Assembly: GCA_002269645.1 (NCBI GenBank)
Contig: NIVC01000337.1
Span: 496,001 to 560,000 of the forward strand
Direction: 5' to 3'
DNA length: 64,000 bases
Source: Macrostomum lignano
Taxonomy: Eukaryota
Positions 1 through 12,240 of the stretch are shown here, in pieces (position 1 is the first letter of the stretch; each line of letters begins with the position of its first letter). The notes beneath the pieces were generated by a model. That model saw nothing but the letters and a program-made list of their open reading frames with translations, had not been told where the DNA came from and ran no database searches. Made by a program: the position numbers and the translations under genes.

Positions 1-3000
1 TCGCGGAGAGGATTTCTGTTTCACGAAGGGATTTTTATGGATTTGGTATCTTCAGTCAGTCAGTAAAGAGGGTAAAGAGAAGAGTGAAAAGAGAAGAGAG
101 AAGAGATTATAGAAAAGAGAGTAGAGATGAGAGAGGACAGATTAGACATGACAGATGGGAGAGAAGAGGGGAGTAAGGCGGGAACGAAGAGGGAGAGAGA
201 AGAAAAGAGGAGAGAGGAGATGAGAGGGAAGATATGAGATAGCAGAGGGAGACAGGAGAGATGAGAGGAGAGAGAAGAGAGGAGCTGAGAGTAGAGGAGA
301 AAGAAATAGTGAGATGAGGCATGAGGGATGAGAGATGAGAGAGGAGAGAAGAGAGGAGAGAGGAGAAAACAGGGGATAAAGGAGACAGGAGAGAAAGACG
401 AAAGACGAGGGAGAAGAGATAAATAAGGTGGTAGAGATGAGAGACGTGAGAGGAGAGAAAAGAGAAGAGAGGAGACAGAAGAATCTGAGTCTGGACAATG
501 GCAGTCAGTTTTTGCGAACAGGGAAAACAAGATATGGTATTTGAAAGGCTTTACAGAGGATTTGGAGATGATTTGGAAGATGGGATTCAAGTCATGGAAT
601 TTCAGCTGATGGATTTCAGGGAATGGAATTCCGGTGATGGGAGTTCTTCCCCTTTCTCCTCCATCGGAGGAGTTGGCCTCGTCTTATATCTAAAGCTGAG
701 TGGGTCGATCGACCGGCCGGGTTTAACGCGTATCTCCTCCTAGACGGCTGGCAACTCAAATGCGGGACTTACATATATCAATTCAGAATTTTCCTACGCA
801 ACAAATAGGCTATTTTAATGTTGAAAAATTAAAAGTCAAGTCCGTTAAAAAAGCAAAAAGCTGTTTTCTTAACCTTCTTTGGCCACTTTGCCTCTCCAGT
901 GGCATTATTGTAAAAACAACCACCCAACCTCCCCCGCAGGTCGCTGTGTATTGGAGGGGTGGTTGATGCGTGTTCTGGGTTCAATGCTAATAAAACCCCC
1001 GCGTGTTGGGGGTTCAGTTAAATTTAATGCTTCCCTCCAGAACGGAGGGTTGGTTTGGGCTGAGTGTACATAGCAATGTACATTGTAAACAGATAGATAG
1101 GACTGTGTCGAGATTCAATTGGTTTTACTATCGGCGCCTTTCAAAAGGCAGCCTGTCTGTATATTAGCTGGGCAGTGAAATTCAATGAATAAACAGCAGG
1201 CAGGTGAATGTACACTCGATACTTAATGCTTTGAACCGGGAAGTTCAGACGTTAACTGTTCCTTTTTTTTAACTTTGAGAGGAGAGACTTATATTGCTGG
1301 AAGGATCTTGCAACGCTGAATTCGGGGATATAAGTTATTTGCTTTAAATATGAAAACAAAAAGCACAGCATTGAAAAAACGATTCCATACTTTTAAAATT
1401 TCTGCCAAGATTGTAGTTGGTTGGGGGGGGGGGGGTTGAGTACACAAATTCAGGCCAGCTATCATTTGAGTAAATTCAGTAATGGAGGAGGCGGGTAACA
1501 AATTTCAATTGGTTTGATTATCGGCGCTTTCAGTCCGTCAGATAAGAGAGTAAAGAGAAGAGAGATTTCAAGGAGAAGAGAGGATAGAAAGATGATAGAA
1601 AGACAGTAGATATGAGAGATAAGAGATTAAAGACGACAGAGCCAGAGGGGAGAGAAGAGGGGAGTGAGGCGGGAATGATGAAGAGGGAGAGCGAAGAGAA
1701 GAGAAAGTAGAGGGAAGAAAGGAGGGGAGAGAGGAAAATGAGAGAGCAAAGGAGGGAGGAAAGATGGGAGGAGAGAGGAGGGATAAGATAGTACAGAGGA
1801 GAGAGAAGAGAGAGGAGAGATGAGACAGGAGACGGTAGAGAGAAGAGGGGAAAGATGAGAGATGAAGAGGGAGAGGGTAAGAGAGAAAATAGGAGTATGA
1901 GAATTGAGAGCAGAGAGGAGAGACGAGAGAGAAAAAAGAGGAGAGAGAGAGGACAGGGTAGAGGAGAGGCGATAGATAAGCGAGTAGAGATGAGAGATGA
2001 GAGAGAAGAGGAGAGATAGAGAGAATTGAGAGAAGACAGGAGAGAAGAGATAGAGAGAAGAGGGGAGAGAGCGAAGCGAGAAGAGAAGGGAGAGAAGAGA
2101 GAGATGAAAAAACAAATGAGAGAGCAAAAGGGGAAAGATGAGAGAATAGAGATGAGAAAATAGAGGGGAGAGATGAGAGATGGGAGGTGATTGATAAGAA
2201 AGTAAGAGTAGAGATGAGAGAGGAGATGGAGAGCAGGAAGCAGAAAGAAGAGATTAGATAAAGGAGCAAAGAGGAGAGAGGCGACAGGAGAGAGTCTCAG
2301 TCTGGACGATGGCAGTCAATTTTTGTAAACAGGGAAAACATGCTATGATATTTCAGAGGTTTTATGGAGGATTTGGAAGATTTGGAAGATTTTTTGACGT
2401 ATACCCAGACAAGTAAAAATCATATTTTTATAGACTTCAGTTTCATAGTCTTGATTGACTGAAATTTGATAGAGATAGTATTTTTTTAAATCGATGGATT
2501 GTAGCTTGAAGGAGGATGATACAAGCTAGATTGCAGTTTAACGGAGAGGATTTTGATGATAGCTGTTTCATGGAGAGGATGAAATGGTTAAATTGAAAGG
2601 GAATAGAGAAAAGAGAAAAGGCTAGAGTAGATAAAAGATTAGATGAAAGAGAACATGAAAAGAGAGAATTAAAAGGGACAGATTAGAGAAAAGAAAAAAA
2701 GAGAATAAAGGCGAGAGAAGAGATGAAGGAATTGAGAGGAGAGAGGAGAGGGGTAAGAGAGGAGAAAGAGGAGACAGAGGGAGTAGAGCCAAAAGACGAG
2801 AGAGAAGAGATAAATTAGTAGAGATGAGGGGAGAGAGAGGAGAGAGAAGCAAGAGGATAAGGGAGAGAGGAGAGGGGAGAAAGTAGAGAGATGAGAGAGC
2901 AGAGAGGAGATAAAGGAGAGGAGAGAGAAGAGATAAAAGAGGAGAGAGGAAAAAGTTGAGAGGAGAAAGTAGTGAGGAGAGATAAGAGAGTAGACATGAG

Positions 3001-5975
3001 AAATGATAGATAAGCGAGGAGATGAGAGCAGAGAGGAGATAGGAGAGATTAGAGATGAGAGAGCAGAGAGGACATAGGAGAGATTAGAGATGAGAGAGCA
3101 AAGAGGAGAGAGGAGACAGACGAGAGTCTCAGTCTGGACGATGGCAGGCAGTCAATTTTTGCACACAGGTAAAACAACATGGTTTTTGGGAGGTTAATAT
3201 AGGATTTGGAGAGGATTTGGACGATGGGATTCGTGTCATTGGATTCAGCTGATGGTTTCGGGGAATGAAATTCTGGCGATGGGAGTTCTATCCCCTCACT
3301 CCGCCAACGGAGGAGTTGGCCTCGTTATATCTAAAGCTGAGTGGGTCGATCGACCGGCCGGGTTTAACGCGTATCTCCTCCTAGACGGCTGGCAACTCAA
3401 ATGCGGGACTTACATATATCAATTCAAAATTTTCCTACGCAACAAATAGGCTATTTTAATGTTGAAAAATTAAAAGTCAAGTCCGTTAAAAAAGCAAAAA
3501 GCTGTTTTCTTAACCTTCTTTGGCCACTTTGCCTCTCCAGTGGCATTATTGTAAAAACAACCACCCCAACCTCCCCCCGCAGGTCGCTGTGTATTGGAGG
3601 GGTGGTTGATGCGTGTTCTGGGTTCAATGCTAATAAAACCCCGCGTGTTGGGGGGTTCAGTTAAATTTAATGCTTCCCTCCAGAACGGAGGGTTGGTTTG
3701 GGCTGAGTGTACATAGCAATGTACATTGTAAACAGATAGATAGGACTGTGTCGAGATTCAATTGGTTTTACTATCGGCGCCTTTCAAAAGGCAGCCTGTC
3801 TGTATATTAGCTGGGCAGTGAAATTCAATGAATAAACAGCAGGCAGGTGAATGTACACTCGATACTTAATGCTTTGAACCGGGAAGTTCAGACGTTAACT
3901 GTTCCTTTTTTTTAACTTTGAGAGGAGAGACTTATATTGCTGGAAGGATCTTGCAACGCTGAATTCGGGGATTTAAGTTATTTGCTTTAAATATGAAAAC
4001 AAAAAGCACAGCATTGAAAAAACGATTCCATACTTTTAAAATTTCTGCCAAGATTGTAGTTGGGGGGGGGGGTTGAGTACACAAATTCAGGCCAGCTATC
4101 ATTTGAGTAAATTCAGTAATGGAGGAGGCTGGTAACAAATTTCAATTGGTTTGATTATCGGCGCTTTCAGTCCGTCAGATAAGAGAGTAAAGAGAAGAGA
4201 GATTTCAAGGAGAAGAGAGGATAGAAAGATGATAGAAAGACAGTAGATATGAGAGATAAGAGATTAAAGACGACAGAGCCAGAGGGGAGAGAAGAGGGGA
4301 GTGAGGCGGGAATGATGAAGAGGGAGAGCGAAGAGAAGAGAAAGTAGAGGGAAGAAAGGAGGGGAGAGAGGAAAATGAGAGAGCAAAGGAGGGAGGAAAG
4401 ATGGGAGGAGAGAGGAGGGATAAGATAGTACAGAGGAGAGAGAAGAGAGAGGAGAGATGAGACAGGAGACGGTAGAGAGAAGAGGGGAAAGATGAGAGAT
4501 GAAGAGGGAGAGGGTAAGAGAGAAAATAGGAGTATGAGAATTGAGAGCAGAGAGGAGAGACGAGAGAGAAAAAAGAGGAGAGAGAGAGGACAGGGTAGAG
4601 GAGAGGCGATAGATAAGCGAGTAGAGATGAGAGATGAGAGAGAAGAGGAGAGATAGAGAGAATTGAGAGAAGACAGGAGAGAAGAGATAGAGAGAAGAGG
4701 GGAGAGAGCGAAGCGAGAAGAGAAGGGAGAGAAGAGAGAGATGAAAAAACAAATGAGAGAGCAAAAGGGGAAAGATGAGAGAATAGAGATGAGAAAATAG
4801 AGATGAGAGCGTAGAGGGGAGAGATGAGAGATGGGAGGTGATTGATAAGAAAGTAAGAGTAGAGATGAGAGAGGAGATGGAGAGCAGGAAGCAGAAAGAA
4901 GAGATTAGATAAAGGAGCAAAGAGGAGAGAGGCGACAGGAGAGAGTCTCAGTCTGGACGATGGCAGTCAATTTTTGTAAACAGGGAAAACATGCTATGAT
5001 ATTTCAGAGGTTTTATGGAGGATTTGGAAGATTTGGAAGATTTTTTGACGTATACCCAGACAAGTAAAAATCATATTTTTATAGACTTCAGTTTCATAGT
5101 CTTGATTGACTGAAATTTGATAGAGATAGTATTTTTTTAAATCGATGGATTGTAGCTTGAAGGAGGATGATACAAGCTAGATTGCAGTTTAACGGAGAGG
5201 ATTTTGATGATAGCTGTTTCATGGAGAGGATGAAATGGTTAAATTGAAAGGGAATAGAGAAAAGAGAAAAGGCTAGAGTAGATAAAAGATTAGATGAAAG
5301 AGAACATGAAAAGAGAGAATTAAAAGGGACAGATTAGAGAAAAGAAAAAAAGAGAATAAAGGCGAGAGAAGAGATGAAGGAATTGAGAGGAGAGAGGAGA
5401 GGGGTAAGAGAGGAGAAAGAGGAGACAGAGGGAGTAGAGCCAAAAGACGAGAGAGAAGAGATAAATTAGTAGAGATGAGGGGAGAGAGAGGAGAGAGAAG
5501 CAAGAGGATAAGGGAGAGAGGAGAGGGGAGAAAGTAGAGAGATGAGAGAGCAGAGAGGAGATAAAGGAGAGGAGAGAGAAGAGATAAAAGAGGAGAGAGG
5601 AAAAAGTTGAGAGGAGAAAGTAGTGAGGAGAGATAAGAGAGTAGACATGAGAAATGATAGATAAGCGAGGAGATGAGAGCAGAGAGGAGATAGGAGAGAT
5701 TAGAGATGAGAGAGCAGAGAGGACATAGGAGAGATTAGAGATGAGAGAGCAAAGAGGAGAGAGGAGACAGACGAGAGTCTCAGTCTGGACGATGGCAGGC
5801 AGTCAATTTTTGCACACAGGTAAAACAACATGGTTTTTGGGAGGTTAATATAGGATTTGGAGAGGATTTGGATGATGGGATTCGTGTCATTGGATTCAGC
5901 TGATGGTTTCGGGGAATGAAATTCTGGCGATGGGAGTTCTATCCCCTCACTCCGCCAACGGAGGAGTTGGCCTCG
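1..5975. repeat. Tandem duplication, unit about 2.65 kb (two near-identical copies plus diverged or truncated flanks), made of long GA-rich polypurine tracts and a unique block of about 0.9 kb
   Basis: Identical ORF-track peptides recur at offsets of 2641-2651 (760 vs 3401; 2622 vs 5273). The motif gagtctcagtctggacgatggcagtc, or a close variant, occurs at about 484, 2292, 3123, 4943 and 5774. The third copy breaks at about 5975. Confidence 0.9.
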
Positions 5976-6451
5976 TAATATATATATTTGTTTGTTTTTG
6001 ATATATAACTTTCTTATAGTTATATTATAATTTGTCTTCATAGCACAAAAATGAACTTTATTAGTAAAATTTACTACTTATTGGATTAGCAAAGACAAAC
6101 ATAATTGCTATTGGAATTTTTCATTGATTATAGACTATTTGTTATTATTAATATAAATGCTTTAAATAATTACTTATGCCTAATATATAGCCTATCTATA
6201 TATACTTCCTTTACTAATTTAGATATTCTATTAGTATAAATATTTTTAGAGATAATATAATGTCTAGGCTTATATAGGTCTATTTTTGCATTGCACCATA
6301 TATAACATGATTAGGCCTAGTTAAGAGCAAAGCAAAGTACTCATTACATGCATATACCTATAGCCATAGCATAGGCCTTATAAATATAATAATAGATGCA
6401 TAGGCCCTACCCTATACTAAATTATAGCAAATGTTGACTAGTCTTTATATT

Positions 6452-7549
6452 TAGGGGCGTCGCCAATGGGGGGGATAGGGGGGACATGTCCCTTCTAGTA
6501 AAAGATCTGGGGGGGGACATACCAATGCTTTGTCCCCCTCCCCACCCCCACCTTTGTGGCCCATTGTGAAAATCAATAATTTTTGCTACATAATGACAAA
6601 ATAGCATCTGCGGCGCTAAAATGGTGCCTGCGGCACTAAAATGAGTGCCTATGGCACTGAAATGAGTGCCTGCGGCGCCAAAATGAGTGCCTGTGGCGCT
6701 AAAATGAGTGCCTGTGGCACTAAAATGAGTGCCTGCGGCGCTAAAATGGTGCCTGCGGCGCTAAAATGGTGCCTGCGGCGCTAAAATGAGTGCCTGTGGC
6801 ACTGAAATGAGTGCCTGTGGCACCAAAATGAGTGCCTGTGGCGCTAAAATGAGTGCCTGTGGCACTAAAATGAGTGCCTGCGGCGCTAAAATGGTGCCTG
6901 CGGCGCTAAAATGAGTGCCTGTGGCACTGAAATGAGTGCCTGCGGCGCCAAAATGAGTGCCTGTGGCACTAAAATGAGTGCCTGTGGCACTAAAATAAGT
7001 GCCTGTGGCGCTAAAATGGTGCCTGCGGCGCTAAAATGAGTGCCTGTGGCACTGAAATGAGTGCCTGCGGCGCCAAAATGAGTGCCTGTGGCGCTGAAAT
7101 GAGTGCCTGCGGTGCTTAAATGAGTGCCCGCAGCACTAAAATGAGTGCCTGCAGCGCTGAAATGAGTGCCTGCGGTGCTTAAATGAGTGCCCGCAGCACT
7201 AAAATGAGTGCCTGCAGCGCTGAAATGAGTGCCTGCGGTGCTTAAATGAGTGCCTGCAGCACTAAAATGAGTGCCTGCAGCGCTGAAATGAGTGCCTGCA
7301 GTGCTTAAATGAGTACCCGCAGCACTAAAATGAGTGCCTGCAGCGCTGAAATGAGTGCCTGCGGTGCCAAAATAAGTGCCTGCAGTGCCAAAATGAGTGC
7401 CTATGGCACCAAAATAAGTGCTTGCGACATTAGAATGACAAATACCGATTCTGAAAATAATATACATGTAGGATTTTCATCATGTACTTATACATCTAGA
7501 ATTCTTGGCTTTGTCCCCTCCCACCATAAAATCCATGGCGATGCCACTG
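6452..7549. mobile_element. Non-autonomous hAT-like element with an internal 21-bp tandem array
   Basis: 8-bp TSD tttatatt at 6444-6451 and 7550-7557. Imperfect TIRs taggggcgtcgcca / tggcgatgccactg (11/14 match). No transposase. Confidence 0.75.
6605..7420. repeat. 21-bp minisatellite (aaaatgagtgcctgtggcact), roughly 38 copies
   Basis: Visible periodicity; it produces the spurious HFSAAGT-repeat ORF at 6886-7467. Confidence 0.95.
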
Positions 7550-7617
7550 TTTATATTATAATATACTGACTAGGTCTATAACCTGTAAGATATAAAATTT
7601 TATTTTAATGAATAAAG

Positions 7618-7771
7618 CAGGGGCAGATCTAGAGGGGGGCATGTCCTCCTTCAATTTGGTGATATTTTTTGGCTTGCAACTAGGCCTATGCCAGGTCTAT
7701 TTTCAAATATTGGGTTATAGTGCTTAGTAAAGCTTGTCCACCCTCTCAAAAACTTTCTAGATCTGCACCTA
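7618..7771. mobile_element. Short hAT-like MITE (about 154 bp)
   Basis: TIRs caggggcagatctag / ctagatctgcaccta. Flanks gaataaag / gaataaaa give a 7/8 TSD match. Confidence 0.55.
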
Positions 7772-8399
7772 GAATAAAAGATCTACTTGTACCTTACTTA
7801 GGCATAGCCATAAGATATATGGTTGTTATAGATGCCCTTGTTAGCTAAATGGCTTACAATCAAGACCTAATCAATAGTATAAGCCTATTTCTTTTGTTGT
7901 TAGACAGCTAGAAGCTAGCCTATATGATGTTGATAAATCTTGCTTATCCCAAAAATCCCAAAAATTAGTATTAAAGCCAGACCAGGCTCTAAGATTCAAG
8001 GGCAATCTTTTACTTTACTGCATTTAATTACTTTAACCATTTTTTATTTCAGAACTTAAAGATGGTAGGAGGATAAAAGGTAAGTGTCTTTAAGTGTCAT
8101 TGTGTGAGGTAAGTCAATTAGTCTTAAATCTTAAAGATTGCCTATTTAAGATAGATACTATACCGTATACGAGATTACGAGCTATACTAAAAATGTATAA
8201 TATTTCATATAATTAATTAATACTCACTAAAGCCAAAGGAAAAAAAAACACTAGTGACGTCATTATAAACAACGTTACTGAGGCTATTGTCAAAAGAAAT
8301 ATCTTGCGAACATCAAGTGGGATGACAATAGGTTGAACAGTGACAGAGTTGTGACAGTGTGATTCGTAGAAGCGTGTATCGTATTTCTTTATTTTCATA

Positions 8400-11300
8400 G
8401 GGTGATTCTCATCGAGAGGTTTCGGAGGTTTTGAGGTTTTTCAGAGGTTTCATTTCAAACAAATATTTTCGCACAAAATTTTTAATACAGTACAAAAATT
8501 AGGATGTTACTAAAATTTACCTGTGAATAAAATTTTTCTTTAGAAAATAGCTCAGAGGTTTCGGATTCTTTTTCAATTTTGCTTGTGATAACCTTGTGAT
8601 AAGTACGCGCGGAAATAATTTAACTATTTTTATGCAGTCAGTTTTAAAAATACACTACACACTGTTAATGTCCTCGTTCCCATAGGCTTTTGCCATTCAC
8701 ATTTAATGTGCATGAATAAAATAAAAAACTTAGACAAATGCGCTGCTTGAAATATACTCATAAAATCTAGACAGCTGTTTTATCCATTTCCCGTTTTTAC
8801 TTTTGAATGCTGCCATTTTGCATTCGAATTATGTTATGACATTGATGTACTGCAATACTGCATGCATACTACACACAGAAGTAAATAGCAGCATTATTGC
8901 TGTCTTAATATTTTTTTATAAATATCTAAGTGCCTGGAATTACAAGAATGCTTCTTCTAGCAAAGAATTTTACTTTTAATCATAAAATTTATTTTAATTA
9001 CTAAAAACTATTAGATTTTCTCTCATAAATAACACTGGTTACCTTGCACAACTGTTCCTGCTGACCAAAGCGCTAACACGTTGAAGTAGTTCTTTTACAA
9101 ACAAAATGTTTACAGTGAGACTTTGTATTTTGTACATGCATTGCACCACCTTTATTCAATGCTAATCTATTTTGAGCAATAAGCTAGATAGCAATAAGCC
9201 AATAGATTCAATAGAGTTAAAACTAATAAGTCATCAGACACAGTTTTTGGCATTTATTTTAAAATAATATAATTTCTTCAATTTTTATTATTTGCTTCTG
9301 TAAAGATTGCAAGATCAAATGCACAGGAAAATCATTGTTTATTGACTTTTAAAATTGTTTATGAAAAGTTATAGATGAAAGTAATCAATACCTTTTATTT
9401 CAACATACTTTGTTTCAGTTGCCAGCACCAAAGCCTGAACTACTACTTGCCTGGTCTCCTGCCTGCATTCTGAGCCTGTTTACCAAGCTGTGTACAGGCC
9501 AACAATGCTTTCATGTTTGTCTAACCTAATAACAGGCATTATGGCATTCCATGTCCTATACCCACTTGTTGCAACTTGGTGCATCTTGCTCGCCACCCTT
9601 AGAGTCGTGGCAGGCTGGTTACTTTTGTGGTGGCAATTGGTTTGGTTATCAGCATACAGAAGATGGATGTGCTAACCACAGCCTAGAGGCTAATCTACTG
9701 CAAACTGCCTTCAAGATGAGTGACTGAAGTTCTTCAACTGCTTGCTGGCCGACATAGGCGCTCCAGCCTTTGTTTTTGTAGGCATTGTCTTTCATATGCA
9801 TTAACTCTCAAATTTAAGAACTTCACTTTCATCTGAGTAAATAAAAAGACAAGACTTAAATTCTCTTATGTACAGATCGGAAATGTGAACTTTTAAAGTG
9901 TTTTGATTCGCAACAGATATTTATAAAATATATGGTGTATTTATGCAGTGTAACAGCAATGTATGGATAAAATCTGTATACATACTGATATAGAAAATAG
10001 AAAATGCTCCTTCTTTGTTTTTGAAATGCATTCTTGTAATGTTCAATGTTTTAAAAATGTAAGGCCTGAAAAAATAAGGCAAGGCCAAATTGGCAACTAC
10101 CATGATGCTCATATGCTTGGATCAAGCTTGCGCAGTTGGTGTATGCTGGCTGACATCGGATTATCTATCAGACTCGGAGTCTCGCAGCACTAAACCCTTC
10201 AAAAAACGTTAGTTAGCCTTTTTGAGATGCAGCATAGCATTCTAGGTTCAATGGGCATGTCTATGAGAATTGCATCATAAATTGTCAAGACCACCAATGT
10301 AAGACCTCAATATTAGGCTGAGGAACATGGGCGATGCTTCTCGGAGTGCGATTTCTGCTATGGCCAGCAAAGTGCAATCGGGCAGCCGCATTATGTCAGT
10401 TGTAGTGAGTTCCATTTAGATGAGTAACACTCAGCTGCTGCTGCTGCTGCTGGACTAAAATGATTGGCACGAGTTCCCTTGGCACAATTCCCGCAGGGCA
10501 ATCAGGTGGGCTTCAAATTCCTCTCCAAGCTTGGCACCAGCATGCCTGACATTGCTTTTCATGGTCTCCAATTGAGACTATCAAAACAGTTGATGCTGGA
10601 AGCCCAAAAATTCGACAATGGGACTCGAGTGCTGCAATGATGAGCAACAATGTTGAAGTTGAGCCGCATCAAAATGTCCTGTGTTGTAGGTAATAGTGAA
10701 AGGAGGATTTTTTTATCTGTCTAATCACTAGAACGAATTTCCCTGAAAGGTCATGCTATAACTTTCGCTGAAAATTGCGCCATTAGCAATTGCGGCATTG
10801 CGACACTAGCCATGTAACATGTAAGAATGTCATCACTTGCCCTAACCATTGGCTACCCTTGATCCTCACATATTGGAAAGACAGCATTTAGAAAATTTAC
10901 TCACTTGGTGCAGTCAAGTGTAGTGAAGACCTTGAGGTGTCAAGAAAGACATTTGGTGGATTAATTTAATTGGCCTCTAGAAGCATATCATATTGTGCAA
11001 TGGTGTTCTTGCAGGCCAATGCTTAGCAAAAATTCCCATAGAGTTTGATGGGCTCTGGAAAGATAGCATGATTGATCAAATAAAATACAATGTTAGTCTT
11101 TTATATAAGCACAAGTACTGAACATCAGAAGAAAATCTAAATATTTATAGCCTTCTCCCTAACATGGTTTGCACCAAGCATTTCATTGGCATGATATTTA
11201 CTGAAGTACATGTTAATGATAAGATAATATATTTGTTAAATATTAAAGCAACAAACTTATAAAAAATGTGATAGCTAGGCATACATAGTAGGAGCTACTA

Positions 11301-12240
11301 TATAATATGAATATTTGCATTAAAAGACAAAAACTAAAACAAGTTACTAAAATATACAACAATTAGAAATTTTACTCACCTATAACAATGTAAATTATAA
11401 CTGAATATAAATAGCTATTAATAAACTACATTTAAAATTTAAAATGTAAAAACTTCAGACTATTAGAGGTAGATGTAGAGCAGTAAAATGAATAAATTTT
11501 GCCACTTTCAAAGCTTTGTAAGTGGTCCCTAAGATCCCTAAGATTCCCTAAGATTAAAGACCTAAGTAAGAAAATTTTTATGCTATGCGCATAGTGTGTT
11601 AGGATTTAGGATAATGATGTAAAAATAAAAAATATGCTCATAAAGTAAAATGTAAAATATACAATATTTAATATTTAAAATATAATAAAATATAACATTG
11701 TTATACATTTTAGATGCCTAGTAAATTGATTTGGGCCTTTTTATGACTATGTCTATATTGTTAGTCTGTATTTAGGGCTGACTTAAAAATTGATAGCTTT
11801 CTAACTAAAGACTAAGTCAAAAACAATATGAAGTTTGTATTGGAAAAATAGTGTGTATGTAATTACATGGACAGGTCTAGTAAAAATTAAAATTAGGATA
11901 GTTACGAATATGCATTGAAAGTGAACAACACACATTTGCGAGTATTCGCAACTGTGAGCTAATGAAATGAAAAGAAAACAATATGAAAATCATGCATAAA
12001 ATGATCATACTACTTCCCTTAAAAACAGTTAAATAATTTCCGCGCGTACCTATCACAAGCAAAATTGAAAAGAATCCAAAACTTCTGAGCTATTTTCTAA
12101 AGAAAAATTGTATTCATTTGTAAATTTCAGTAACCTTTCGATTTTTGTGCAGAACTAAAAGTTTTGTGCGAAAATATTTGTTCGAAATGAAACCTCTCAA
12201 AAACCTCAAAACCTCCGAAACCTCTCGATGAGAATCACCC
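8400..12240. mobile_element. Non-autonomous DNA transposon (MULE- or Merlin-like), copy 1, 3841 bp
   Basis: TIRs of about 230 bp begin gggtgattctcatcgagaggtttcgg and end ...cctctcgatgagaatcaccc. Perfect 9-bp TSD attttcata at 8391-8399 and 12241-12249. AT-rich interior with no recognisable transposase. Confidence 0.9.

Noticed and set aside
60-5648. Leu/Ser-rich minus-strand ORFs resembling membrane proteins
   Set aside because: They are translations of the CT-rich complement of GA tracts, open in several frames, with no domain signal.
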